Shown here: in pieces, positions 10,552 to 20,917 of the stretch
How the letters are laid out: the number at the start of each line of letters is the position of its first letter
Position numbering within the stretch: position 1 is the stretch's first letter
Assembly (NCBI GenBank): GCA_963807635.1
Contig: CAWEDJ010000067.1
Location: 64,001 to 128,000 of the forward strand
DNA length: 64,000 nt
Source of the DNA: an uncultured cyanobacterium
Lineage (GTDB): Bacteria > Cyanobacteriota > Cyanobacteriia > Cyanobacteriales > Microcystaceae
Reading direction: 5' to 3'
Program-made: the position numbers and the translations under genes
Notes under the pieces: generated by a model
Database searches by the model: none
Seen by the model: the letters and a program-made list of their open reading frames with translations, nothing else
What the model was told of the DNA's origin: nothing

Positions 10552-11088
10552 TTAAACCCCTACCATCTTTTTATTCATTTCTGGTTTCAAGCCATCTGCT
10601 TCGAGAGCTTCTCCCTCAAGAAAAGAACGTAGCATCCAAGCCGTTTCCTCATGTTTTTCCATCAAACCCGTTAGAAAGTCGGCAGTTCCGTCATCTTCAA
10701 AATTTTTGTTGCATTTTTCAACGTGTTTACGGAAATTTCGCACGATCTGTTCATGATCCTCCAGAAGTTGAGATACCATGCCAGTGGCTGTTGGAATATT
10801 ACCCGAATTTTCTTTCAGAGAACAGATTTTTAGAAACCCCTCCATCGTTCCCACGGGATAACCACCCAGCATTCTGACCCTTTCTGCAATAGCATCAACA
10901 TTGATGGTGAGAGCTTCATAATGCGCCTGCCATAGCTTATGCAGGGTCATAAATTGTGGCCCCACCACATCCCAATGACATTTCTTCGTTTTGACTAGCA
11001 AAAGATAGGTATCAGCTAAATCTTGGTTCAGTAAATTAATGACACCTTGACGTTGTTCATCGGTTAGTCCAATATTGATTTTTCGCAT
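10552..11088 (-). CDS. dps: DNA starvation/stationary-phase protection protein Dps
   Basis: HWDVVGPQFMTLHKL..DAIAERVRMLGG..AWMLRS. Confidence 0.95.
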   Translation of the reverse strand: MRKINIGLTDEQRQGVINLLNQDLADTYLLLVKTKKCHWDVVGPQFMTLHKLWQAHYEALTINVDAIAERVRMLGGYPVGTMEGFLKICSLKENSGNIPTATGMVSQLLEDHEQIVRNFRKHVEKCNKNFEDDGTADFLTGLMEKHEETAWMLRSFLEGEALEADGLKPEMNKKMVGV

Positions 11089-11143
11089 AAATGAATCTCC
11101 TTAATTGATGATGATTTGTGTTTTTTTATCGTGTTATTATTTT

Positions 11144-12232
11144 TTAAAAACAAAGCCCTGTAGATTGACAAAGCATATTTTTAATTCCCTCTTCAAAGTT
11201 ATAATCAGATTGATTAGAGTTATCGTTATTGTCGTAGTTATTATTGCGATTCCTCGCTTCAGGACTGTTGGCAATTTCGTTTCTGATATCCTCAAAACTT
11301 CTGCCATTAATAACTTGATTTCGATAACTTTGTAATCCATTATTATCAGCATTTAGACCTAAAAATTCTCGATACAAATTGTTGATAGCTTGATTAAATT
11401 CTTGACTATTAGCTAGGTTACGCCTTGCTTGCTCAAAAGACCAGTTTTGGCTATTATATTTTCTGAAATCATTAGAGTTAGCATTACGTCCTAAAACTTG
11501 AACATAGAGATTGTTGATTTCTCCTTGAAAATTAGTGTTGTTATTAGAGGGGTTATAATTCCCATTGGGGTTATAATTTCCATTGGGGTTATAATTCCCG
11601 TTGGGGTTATAATTTCCATTGGGGTTATAATTCCCGTTGTTAGAAGTTCTATTCCGAGCTTCAGGGCTGTTAGCAATTTCGTTTCTGACATCCTCAAAAC
11701 TTCTACCATTAATAATGATATTCCGATAATTTTGTAACCCATTATTATCAACATTTCGCCCAAGAAATTCTTGGTAAATTTTATTAATGGATTGATTAAA
11801 CTCTTGGCTATTGGCAAGGCTACGACGGACTTCTGCTAGAGAGCGACCCTGATTAACCGCCTGGACATAACTGCTGAGACCATTCGCATCAGCATTGCGC
11901 CCTAGAACCTGAATATAGAGATTATTGATTTCGGTTTGAACGTTGGCATTGTTATTAGACCAGTCTCCATTATTATTGTTAGAACTATACCTAAAGGTGC
12001 CATAGTTAGGGCAAGTAATAACATCACGATCGCGAGAGCAATTAATTCTGATAGGTTTACGATTATTATAGTTTTTGGAACTATACTTAAAACTTCCGTA
12101 CTCAGAACAATTAATAATATTGCGATCGCGTATACAGGTAATCCGTTGGGATTGGGCCAATACGGGGGTCAAACCGATTAAACTAGCGGAGAAAATAGTG
12201 GCTATTGATAGAAGAAATAGCTTCATGCTCAA
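11144..12232 (-). CDS. Secreted repeat protein with DUF4214/phycobilisome-linker-like helical repeats
   Basis: Signal peptide; two Cys-pair repeats; four IN.LY...LGR.AD.NGL..Y..LANS.E units. Confidence 0.8.
   Translation of the reverse strand: MSMKLFLLSIATIFSASLIGLTPVLAQSQRITCIRDRNIINCSEYGSFKYSSKNYNNRKPIRINCSRDRDVITCPNYGTFRYSSNNNNGDWSNNNANVQTEINNLYIQVLGRNADANGLSSYVQAVNQGRSLAEVRRSLANSQEFNQSINKIYQEFLGRNVDNNGLQNYRNIIINGRSFEDVRNEIANSPEARNRTSNNGNYNPNGNYNPNGNYNPNGNYNPNGNYNPSNNNTNFQGEINNLYVQVLGRNANSNDFRKYNSQNWSFEQARRNLANSQEFNQAINNLYREFLGLNADNNGLQSYRNQVINGRSFEDIRNEIANSPEARNRNNNYDNNDNSNQSDYNFEEGIKNMLCQSTGLCF
11549..11638. repeat. 18-bp coding tandem repeat x5 (NGNYNP)
   Basis: GGGGTTATAATTYCCRTT five times. 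Confidence 0.95.
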
Positions 12233-12454
12233 AACTCCAAAATAATTATTTAATTAGACTTTTTTAGCGATGAAAGTCTCTCATTTAGCCTCAAGCTTAA
12301 GGGTTATACAAAACTCACTTATCAAAACATCCTTAAAGTTTAGTAGTAGGGATTTAGGTTCCAAAATCATAGACTAGAAGACTTAGAGACTAAGGCCCTA
12401 CGGTTTAAAAAGTTTATTGATTGATGACAAATTAACGAGTCCTAGAAATCCGTA

Positions 12455-12919
12455 TTAGGGTTGAACAACCGCTTTTACCACGACGCTACGAACACCTTTA
12501 ATTTCCATTGCTAAGGGTTTAATTTTATTCAGTTGTTCTTGGTTTGATACAACCCCTGATACCGTAACTTCGGAATTTTTGGCCTCAACAGTGAGCTTCC
12601 CACGAGGAATATTCGCTTCTAGCTTACTCCGCACCTCACTAGCTAAATCTCCTTCTGCACGTTTTTGAGTATCTCCGCCCATCTGATTACGTTGTTCCCG
12701 TGCTTGGATATCTGCATTTAACTGTTTGCGGCGCGTTTCACTTTGAGCATCATTTTGGGTTTTGTCACTTTGTTTTTCGGTTGCAACCTGCCCATTGGTA
12801 TTGGTTGAGTTAGGGGCATCGGCGGTTGTTTTTGCTTCCTTACAAGCCGAGATGGTTACTGTTAGTAAAAGACCAAACAGTAGAGGTAGAGTAAAACCTA
12901 TTTTAGTGATCTTATTCAT
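12455..12919 (-). CDS. BON-domain lipoprotein
   Basis: Lipobox ISAC; EVRSKLEAN..VTVSGVV..IKGVRSV. Confidence 0.9.
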   Translation of the reverse strand: MNKITKIGFTLPLLFGLLLTVTISACKEAKTTADAPNSTNTNGQVATEKQSDKTQNDAQSETRRKQLNADIQAREQRNQMGGDTQKRAEGDLASEVRSKLEANIPRGKLTVEAKNSEVTVSGVVSNQEQLNKIKPLAMEIKGVRSVVVKAVVQP

Positions 12920-12975
12920 ATTGCCATCCTGAACGATATTTAATTGTTATTAGTATCAACTAACTCCTCAATTTT

Positions 12976-13623
12976 CTAGACCCGTATTTGAGGACGAGTC
13001 GTACTGGTGGGAACCGTTGTGACCGTTTCCATTGGACGAATTGTCTGCACTGATTCAGTCGGTAAATCATAGACATACCAATTATCAATGCCGTGTTTGT
13101 TGAGTATGGATTCAGCCAAGGCAATATCGGATTCCGAGCCTTCAACGATGATGAGATAATCCCCGTGAGCAACGCGATCGCTATAGAAATTGGCGCGGTC
13201 TTCGGGAATCCCTAAGCCAATCAGACCCCCCGCCAAACTCCCTGCTAAAGCCCCAATGACCCCGCCAGAGATGGCCGTTGCGATCGCCGTAGCCGTAGCA
13301 CCTGCCAACATGATGGGACCGACACCAGGGATCATAAGCGCACCTAACCCGACTAATAAACCTGCAAAGCCTCCAATAGATGCCCCTGCGATCGCACCAT
13401 CTGCCGCAGTTTCTCCAGATTTATTTTGATGGCTATCCAATTTATCCGTATTGATGACGCGATCACCCACATTCGCTCCTGTAAATTCGGCGTGGCGATG
13501 GATATCCTTTCCTATCACTGAAACCCGATCCATGAAAAAACCATTGCCTTTCAACTCATGCAGGGCGAGTTCTGTTTTCTCGTAACTCGGAAACGAACCG
13601 ACAGCACGTTTTAGTAACATCAT
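12976..13623 (-). CDS. General stress membrane protein (Gly-zipper type)
   Basis: GAIAGASIGG..IPGVGPIMLAG..GLGIPEDRA motif. Confidence 0.85.
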   Translation of the reverse strand: MMLLKRAVGSFPSYEKTELALHELKGNGFFMDRVSVIGKDIHRHAEFTGANVGDRVINTDKLDSHQNKSGETAADGAIAGASIGGFAGLLVGLGALMIPGVGPIMLAGATATAIATAISGGVIGALAGSLAGGLIGLGIPEDRANFYSDRVAHGDYLIIVEGSESDIALAESILNKHGIDNWYVYDLPTESVQTIRPMETVTTVPTSTTRPQIRV

Positions 13624-13707
13624 TGCAGTTTCCTCAAAATTATTATGTAAATTTTTTCTTAATGCTCTATGGAAGGTCTAGACCCCCCAGGAGCCTTATC
13701 TCAATAG

Positions 13708-14043
13708 CTATTCTGCTTTTGGTTTATTTTGTTTTTGGGTTGACAAATCTCCGGGCTCCTCATAATACATTTCTGGTTCCATACCAAAGTTATCCACTAA
13801 ACCTTCTTTATCAACTCTGTAACCACTGGTTGTATCCATACTTTCAGAGCCAGGGGGATGTTCTGTTAAATGCTTAAAATGATCTCCTTCATGCTCTTTT
13901 CTTGCTGCTACTTCTGCGGGAATAATATGGGGATCGTAGCTGTCGGGAGTATGGGAATCGTACAATTCAGTTCCATCATGGACTGGTGGAGTATGGGAAT
14001 CCTCTTTTTTAGAAGATTTTGTTTGAGCGGATTTAATACTCAT
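13708..14043 (-). CDS. Hypothetical hydrophilic protein
   Basis: MDTTSGYRVDKEGLVDNFGMEPEMYYEEPGDL; GAGG RBS. Confidence 0.8.
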   Translation of the reverse strand: MSIKSAQTKSSKKEDSHTPPVHDGTELYDSHTPDSYDPHIIPAEVAARKEHEGDHFKHLTEHPPGSESMDTTSGYRVDKEGLVDNFGMEPEMYYEEPGDLSTQKQNKPKAE

Positions 14044-14206
14044 GGTCTTTGCCTCTTAATAATTTGTTCGTTGTGGGAAGTTTATCTTTATGATCAATAC
14101 CCACAAGCCGATGAATTTAATAGGTTCTCTTAAAGGCAGATTTTTAGTTTACAGAAGAAAATAGGGCGATCAAAAAATCTCTTTTTAAGATCGCCGCGAA
14201 AAACGC

Positions 14207-14389
14207 TTAGTCAACTGCTTTTTTGACTTCATCCTTTACATCTTCGACAGTATGGCGGACTTTTGCCTCTGCTTGTTTTGCCTTTCCTGCTGCCTGATCT
14301 TTAGGATCACCCGTGACATTACCAACGGTTTCTTGAAGCTTACCTTCAATATTTTTGGCAGTTGCTTTGGCTTTATCTTTTAAACTCAT
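14207..14389 (-). CDS. CsbD-family protein
   Basis: AKNIEGKLQETVGNVTGDPKDQAAGKAKQAEA; AGGAG RBS. Confidence 0.92.
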   Translation of the reverse strand: MSLKDKAKATAKNIEGKLQETVGNVTGDPKDQAAGKAKQAEAKVRHTVEDVKDEVKKAVD

Positions 14390-14654
14390 GATATACTCCT
14401 GATTAGATTTTAGCTTTAATTTGATAATGATTTAAAGGTAACGTTGCTGATCTGAGCCGATTCAACAACCCTATGTCTGTACTGTAGTAGGTCGTTGTTC
14501 TAGTTCGTGTATTAGTTAATTCAATCTGAGCGAGTTGATTGAATACTTTGCAAAACTTAATAATCTTAAGGGTGCGATCGCGCCAATCAAGAAACCCTAA
14601 AAAGCAGAATAGACACTTTGTTCAGACAAAAAACAGGTGAACTCGGTAGGGTAG

Positions 14655-15665
<1,011 letters not shown>

Positions 15666-15737
15666 ATGTCATCTTCCTTTTGAGATAGTTTTTAATGTTT
15701 ATTCAAAGTTTCTTTGGATAACGCGAGTTTTTTCCCT

Positions 15738-15760
15738 CCCCTCTCTAGGGGATTTTTTTT
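15738..15760 (+). terminator. Probable intrinsic terminator of por
   Basis: TCCCCT-CTCT-AGGGGA hairpin followed by T run. Confidence 0.6.
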
Positions 15761-15847
15761 CGGAATATTGGTCTCAAGAATGACTTCTTTTTATCAGAGT
15801 CAATGGGATTTATAAACCTTAAAAAGAGTATTCTAAACAGGGCTTTC

Positions 15848-15898
15848 TGTGGAAAACTTGGCAACAAACTGTGGAAAACCGATTCAGTCTGTGGAAAA
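15848..15898. promoter_or_regulatory. Cluster of three DnaA-box-like 9-mers (TGTGGAAAA = TTTTCCACA)
   Basis: Perfect copies at 15848, 15870, 15890; near matches at 15713 and 15921. Confidence 0.65.
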
Positions 15899-16033
15899 AA
15901 GCAGTGTTGACGCTCCTTTTTTATCCATCAACTCTCCATCAACTAGCAGGGGGAAAGAAAGGGTTAAGATAGAAAAGGTGTTTGATTCCTATCCCACTGA
16001 TATCCCATTATTTCTAATTTTATTCTTTTTTTT

Positions 16034-16375
16034 ATGCCCTCTTTGACCCTTAATCTTTTGCAAGGTTCTATTTCTTTTAGTTTTACTCCCGAAGCGGCCC
16101 GCAATTTAAAAGCCGAAATCGATCAACTCATGCAAAGTCTCAAAGCGATCGCCTCCCATGCGGGCAGTGGCCGACCGACTCCCCAGAAATCAATGGAATA
16201 TCGCTACACAGGAGATATTTTTCTAGAAGTTTTTTGTAATCCGAATATTTATCCCAGTCCTTTCGCGGCCAAAGTTTTGCTAACCGTGCGTGACGATCGC
16301 CTTCGTCTGACCACAGAAGCAGAATTAACTCGTTTACTCGAAGATATAGGACAATATTTGGAACAACATGGTTAA
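16034..16375 (+). CDS. Hypothetical protein
   Basis: Intact ORF; LEVFCNPNIYPSPFAAKVLLTVRDDR. Confidence 0.85.
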   Translation: MPSLTLNLLQGSISFSFTPEAARNLKAEIDQLMQSLKAIASHAGSGRPTPQKSMEYRYTGDIFLEVFCNPNIYPSPFAAKVLLTVRDDRLRLTTEAELTRLLEDIGQYLEQHG

Positions 16376-16389
16376 GTTTAAAAAATGCA

Positions 16390-16830
16390 ATGAAAAAGGC
16401 TCCCTTGCCGATTATTGGTTGGCGAGAATGGATTGATTTTCCTGAATTGAATATTTTTCGGACTAAGGCCAAAATCGATACAGGAGCGCGGTCTTCTTCT
16501 TTGCACGCCTTTGATATTCATCCTTTTCAACAAGAGGGAAAGGAATTTATTCAATTTCGAGTCCACCCCTATCAACGCAACAGTCGGATCACGGTGCAAG
16601 CTGAAGCCAAAATCTTAGACTGGCGGCACGTCACTAGTTCGGGCGGTCATAGTCAATTGCGTCCCGTGATTGTGACTCCCATTGTTCTGGATGGTCAAAC
16701 CTGGTCAATTGAGCTAACCTTAACCAACCGCGATGTGATGGGATTTCGCCTTTTATTGGGTCGAGAAGCCCTGCGGAAACGTTTTTTAGTCAATCCTGGG
16801 CGGTCTTTTTTACTCAGCGATAAAGTTTAA
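16390..16830 (+). CDS. RimK-associated aspartyl/'ATP-dependent zinc' protease family protein
   Basis: IGWREW..KAKIDTGARSSSLHA..MGFRLLLGREAL. Confidence 0.9.
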   Translation: MKKAPLPIIGWREWIDFPELNIFRTKAKIDTGARSSSLHAFDIHPFQQEGKEFIQFRVHPYQRNSRITVQAEAKILDWRHVTSSGGHSQLRPVIVTPIVLDGQTWSIELTLTNRDVMGFRLLLGREALRKRFLVNPGRSFLLSDKV

Positions 16831-16837
16831 GTAATAA

Positions 16838-17425
16838 TTAATCAAACCAACCAATCACTTCGTCCGATAAAGTTACAGGAGGTTGGGCGGGGGCGACATA
16901 ACGACCAATACGCCGAGTAGGGACGATCGCAGAAGGTGCAGGTTTAACCGCTAATTGAGCAGATTTTGGAATTTCAAGAAGTTTTTGTTCGGCTTGTTGT
17001 AATTCTTCATAAAGCTTAGTCACTAAGACTTTTTGTTCCCCAAGTTCCTGTTCTAAACCTTTGATTTGATCAGACATAGTTTTAGCGTTTTCCTTCTCAG
17101 TCTCCAAAGATTTTTGAATAGTATTCGCTTTTTTTAAATCCGCCGTCAATTTTTTCACTAACTCCTTTTGTTCTTCTAATAGAGTTTTTAATTGATTTGC
17201 TTTTTCTAATTCACTTTGTAGGGTTTTATTTTGCTTTTTTTCAGTGGCCAACTTTGCGGTTAACAAACTCACTTTTTCATTAGCAGACGCGATCGCCTTT
17301 TCCCAGTCCATTGATATTTCTTTTTTTTCAACAGGTGGAGTTTCTACAACAGGAGAATTAGATTCCGTTGAATCTTGAGGTTTCATTTCTTCACGTAGAA
17401 CATCGGATAAACTTTTTTTAACCAT
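16838..17425 (-). CDS. Coiled-coil protein downstream of parA
   Basis: Long heptad-rich helix; C-terminal LSDEVIGWFD. Confidence 0.8.
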   Translation of the reverse strand: MVKKSLSDVLREEMKPQDSTESNSPVVETPPVEKKEISMDWEKAIASANEKVSLLTAKLATEKKQNKTLQSELEKANQLKTLLEEQKELVKKLTADLKKANTIQKSLETEKENAKTMSDQIKGLEQELGEQKVLVTKLYEELQQAEQKLLEIPKSAQLAVKPAPSAIVPTRRIGRYVAPAQPPVTLSDEVIGWFD

Positions 17426-17479
17426 ATTATTTATTGAGAGAGTTTATTTGAAACCTTATAAACGAGAGCAAACTTAACG

Positions 17480-18160
17480 TTAACCTAATTCTCGTAACAA
17501 TTCTTCCGCCACCCGACGATAATCCGACTGGGCTTCCCTTGAATTTTTTCCCTTCCAATCGGTGATTGCAACCCCTTCTAAGACTGATCGCTCATGGGCT
17601 TTATAGTTGCGAACAAAGGCATTACAAGCAGGTATCCCCAACTCAAGTAACGTATTTTGAGCCTCTAGGGTTTCTTTCAAACTGCGAGAATCCACTTTAG
17701 TTAACAAAACTCGATGGGCAACCTTTAAGGGTCTGACGGCGGTTCTCACCGTTTCAATCAGAGCCGTTAAATCCATCGGAGCAGGCGGCGTGGGCAACAC
17801 CAAATAATCCGCTAGGTTGATAACCGCTTTCAATGCCTCAGAACGGAGGGCGGGGGGCGTATCCACCACAATTAATTGATAATTCGGCGTTTGATGCAGA
17901 TTTTTGAGAACCGTTGCATTACTTTCCGTGCTTAAATCAAAAGCCATTCCCTCTTCGCTGCGTTCTACCCACCAGGTCGCCGAACCTTGGGGATCAGCGT
18001 CCACCAAGAGAACGTCATGATTTTCTGCCAGAATTGCCGCTAAATTGATGGCCGTAGTCGTTTTCCCAACCCCACCTTTGCCATTGACAACAGCGAGGAT
18101 TTTCGGGGGTGAGACGGTATGAGTTGCAGTCCGTTTCCCATTTTTCATGCCCTTCACCAT
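17480..18160 (-). CDS. parA: ParA-family ATPase
   Basis: Deviant Walker [21 protein letters not shown]. Confidence 0.9.
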   Translation of the reverse strand: MVKGMKNGKRTATHTVSPPKILAVVNGKGGVGKTTTAINLAAILAENHDVLLVDADPQGSATWWVERSEEGMAFDLSTESNATVLKNLHQTPNYQLIVVDTPPALRSEALKAVINLADYLVLPTPPAPMDLTALIETVRTAVRPLKVAHRVLLTKVDSRSLKETLEAQNTLLELGIPACNAFVRNYKAHERSVLEGVAITDWKGKNSREAQSDYRRVAEELLRELG

Positions 18161-18181
18161 ACCATGATTTATGACTTAATT

Positions 18182-19096
18182 TTATGAAGTAATTCGCGCT
18201 CCTTGGGAATCAATTTGCAAGGCCGAGACGATCGCGTTGATACCTTCCTTTTGCCAAGTGGTTGCGATCGCATTTTGTACGCTTAAACTTTGCTCAGGAT
18301 GAGTAATGGCGAGAACCGTAGGGCCAGCACCGCTAATCACTAGATTATAGGCTCCTGCGGCGATCGCGGCGATTTTAACCGATTCGTAGCCCTTAATTAA
18401 ACTCTGACGATAGGGTTGATGAATTTTATCTTCCATTGCAATGCGTACCAAGTCTCCCTGTCCGCTTTCAATCGCTTTTACCAATAGGGCAATATGGGCC
18501 ACATTAAAAATCGCATCGGCACGGGAATAATGCTGGGGCAACACAGAACGGGCCATTTCAGTGGAAAGTTCAAAATCGGGAATTGCTACAACGGGAACCA
18601 ATTCGGGATGCCAGTTTAGGGGAGTAATTTGCCATTTTTCATCATCTTTAACCGAAAGCTGACAATTTCCCAAAAGAGCAGGAGCCACATTATCAGGATG
18701 TCCCTCGATCGCGATCGCTAAATCTAAAATTTCCGATAGAGACAACGGTTTATCCGCCAATAAATTTGCACCCATTAACCCCCCAACAATGGCTGTTGCC
18801 GAACTACCTAAACCCCGCGCTAGGGGAACCCCTAACTGGATTTCCATTTTTGTTTTTGGCGGTGTTTGTCCCAAATGTTGATAAAACTTGAGAAAAGATT
18901 GATACAGTAAATTAGTCTCGTCCCGACTGACGCGATCGGCTTCTGTCCCCGTCACGGTCATTAAAAAATCAGGCTCCGAATCTGGCAAAATGCTAAAGGT
19001 GAAGTGGTTATACAGATTCAAAGCCGCCCCCAGGCAGTCAAAACCAGGGCCAAGATTAGCGGTCGTCGCAGGTACAGCAATAGTAAAAGGGGACAT
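18182..19096 (-). CDS. thrB: Homoserine kinase
   Basis: VPATTANLGPGFD; PLARGLGSSA; EGHPDN; SGAGPT. Confidence 0.96.
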   Translation of the reverse strand: MSPFTIAVPATTANLGPGFDCLGAALNLYNHFTFSILPDSEPDFLMTVTGTEADRVSRDETNLLYQSFLKFYQHLGQTPPKTKMEIQLGVPLARGLGSSATAIVGGLMGANLLADKPLSLSEILDLAIAIEGHPDNVAPALLGNCQLSVKDDEKWQITPLNWHPELVPVVAIPDFELSTEMARSVLPQHYSRADAIFNVAHIALLVKAIESGQGDLVRIAMEDKIHQPYRQSLIKGYESVKIAAIAAGAYNLVISGAGPTVLAITHPEQSLSVQNAIATTWQKEGINAIVSALQIDSQGARITS

Positions 19097-19192
19097 AATT
19101 TTCGGATAGGAAAAAATGGGTAGATCAACCTTATTTTCATTTTCTAATAATCTGTGACGCTAGACAATTAAATTTTATAAAAAGATTGATTT

Positions 19193-20353
19193 ATGTTTAA
19201 AATTTGCCTAGATGCCACACCGATTAGAGAAAAACCCAGTGGGGTCGGTGTTTATACTTTTAATTTGATTAAAGCTCTGGATCAATTACAAGCATCGGAA
19301 GATTTTAAATTAGATATTTATTTCCAGCCGACTTTTAAAAATTGGTTATCCAGAAATTTCTCTCCGAATGAATTAATTGAATCCTATTCCCCCCATTGTT
19401 TACCGATTCCCGTGACGGTAACGAATGCTTTAATGAAGTTTCCCAATCCTTTACTGGCTTATTTTTCGCGATCGCTGGATCGACCTGATGTCGTTCATGG
19501 AACGGATCATTTTGTCTATCCTAATCCAACAAGTCGTAATATTATGACGATTCACGATTTAACGTTTGTTAAATATCTAGACTATGTGCCAACAATTGTT
19601 AAAACTTATTTAGACCGTATTAAAAACTGTTTAAAATTTACAGATGCTATTATTACTTTTTCAGAAAATACTAAGCGCGATTTAGTAGAATTATTAAAAA
19701 TTGATCCTGATAAAATTTATGTGACTTATCAAGCCAGTCGTTATCACACCGATTATTTAACCAAGCAACAAATAGAAGAGCTTAAAGTTAGTTTTTCCTA
19801 CGATTTTAATAAACCTTATTTTCTGTTTGTCAGCACCCTAGAACCCCGAAAAAATGTCATTGGTTTAATTCAAGCTTTTAATTATTTAAAACAAAAGTAT
19901 AAAATTGAACATCAATTAGTTTTGATCGGTCAAACGGGCTGGAAATATCAACCTATTTTAGACACGATTAATCAATCTCCCTATCGCGTTGAGATTCATC
20001 ATTTGAATTATTTAACTGATGATTTAGTTGCTCTTTTTTATAGTCAAGCAGAGGCTTTTATTTACCCATCTTTTTATGAAGGGTTTGGGCTGCCTGTTCT
20101 GGAAGCGATGACTCTCGGCGCACCTGTGATTACGTCTAATGGTTCTTCTTTACCTGAAATAACAGGTGATTCAGCTTTATTGATTAATCCTAATGATTCG
20201 ATGGAATTAGCTGATGCAATGTTGAATATTGTACGCGATCGCGTTTTGAGAAATAATTTAATTTTTAATGGAAAAGAACAAGCGAGTAAATTTTCTTGGG
20301 AAAAAACGGCTCAAGCAACTTTAAATGTTTATCGTTCACGTCTCAATCAATAA
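19193..20353 (+). CDS. Glycosyltransferase family 4
   Basis: TLEPRKN; YEGFGLPVLEAM. Confidence 0.93.
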   Translation: MFKICLDATPIREKPSGVGVYTFNLIKALDQLQASEDFKLDIYFQPTFKNWLSRNFSPNELIESYSPHCLPIPVTVTNALMKFPNPLLAYFSRSLDRPDVVHGTDHFVYPNPTSRNIMTIHDLTFVKYLDYVPTIVKTYLDRIKNCLKFTDAIITFSENTKRDLVELLKIDPDKIYVTYQASRYHTDYLTKQQIEELKVSFSYDFNKPYFLFVSTLEPRKNVIGLIQAFNYLKQKYKIEHQLVLIGQTGWKYQPILDTINQSPYRVEIHHLNYLTDDLVALFYSQAEAFIYPSFYEGFGLPVLEAMTLGAPVITSNGSSLPEITGDSALLINPNDSMELADAMLNIVRDRVLRNNLIFNGKEQASKFSWEKTAQATLNVYRSRLNQ

Positions 20354-20408
20354 AAATCCCGAAGGCATCCTATAATAAATTAATAGCATTTTCAATATTT
20401 TTACCAGT

Positions 20409-20657
20409 ATGGAAACTATCATCATCGATCAGCCAACTTTTGACCTTGCTCAACTCATTGCTAAAATCAATGAAAAACAACAGCCTATTCTCATTCAAGA
20501 AACAACAGGTAATGCTGTTTTAATTTCTGAACAAGAATGGAACGAAATCCAAGAAACGCTCTATCTTCAATCTATTCCTGGTATGGTCGAATCAATTCAT
20601 GAATCAGCCGCAACGAGCATAGAAGACTGTATTGATGTTAAGGATATTGATTGGTAA
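20409..20657 (+). CDS. yefM: Phd/YefM antitoxin
   Basis: GNAVLISEQEWNEIQETLYLQSIPGM; stop overlaps toxin start (TAATG). Confidence 0.9.
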   Translation: METIIIDQPTFDLAQLIAKINEKQQPILIQETTGNAVLISEQEWNEIQETLYLQSIPGMVESIHESAATSIEDCIDVKDIDW

Positions 20658-20917
20658 TGTGGAACGTGATTTTGACAAAGCAAGCCAATAAAGATGCTAA
20701 AAAGTTAACAGCCGCAGGATTAAAATCCCAAACGCAATCACTACTGATGATTCTAGCAGACAATCCCTATCAAGCTTATCCTCCTTATGAAAAGTTAAGA
20801 GGTGACTTATCGGGTTACTATTCCAGACGAATTAACATTCAACATCGCCTAATTTATCAGATTTTAGTAGCAGAAAAAACAGTTAAAGTATTACGAATGT
20901 GGAGTCATTATGAATGA
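20657..20917 (+). CDS. yoeB: Txe/YoeB toxin
   Basis: PPYEKLRGDLSGYYSRRINIQHRLIY..WSHYE. Confidence 0.93.
   Translation: MWNVILTKQANKDAKKLTAAGLKSQTQSLLMILADNPYQAYPPYEKLRGDLSGYYSRRINIQHRLIYQILVAEKTVKVLRMWSHYE

Noticed and set aside
11549..11638. Regular repeats as a possible CRISPR array
   Set aside because: Contiguous 18-bp units without spacers, in frame within a CDS; no cas genes in the window
15849..16046. 65-aa ORF over the DnaA-box region
   Set aside because: Its GTG start is part of a DnaA box; it overlaps the next gene and has no recognisable features
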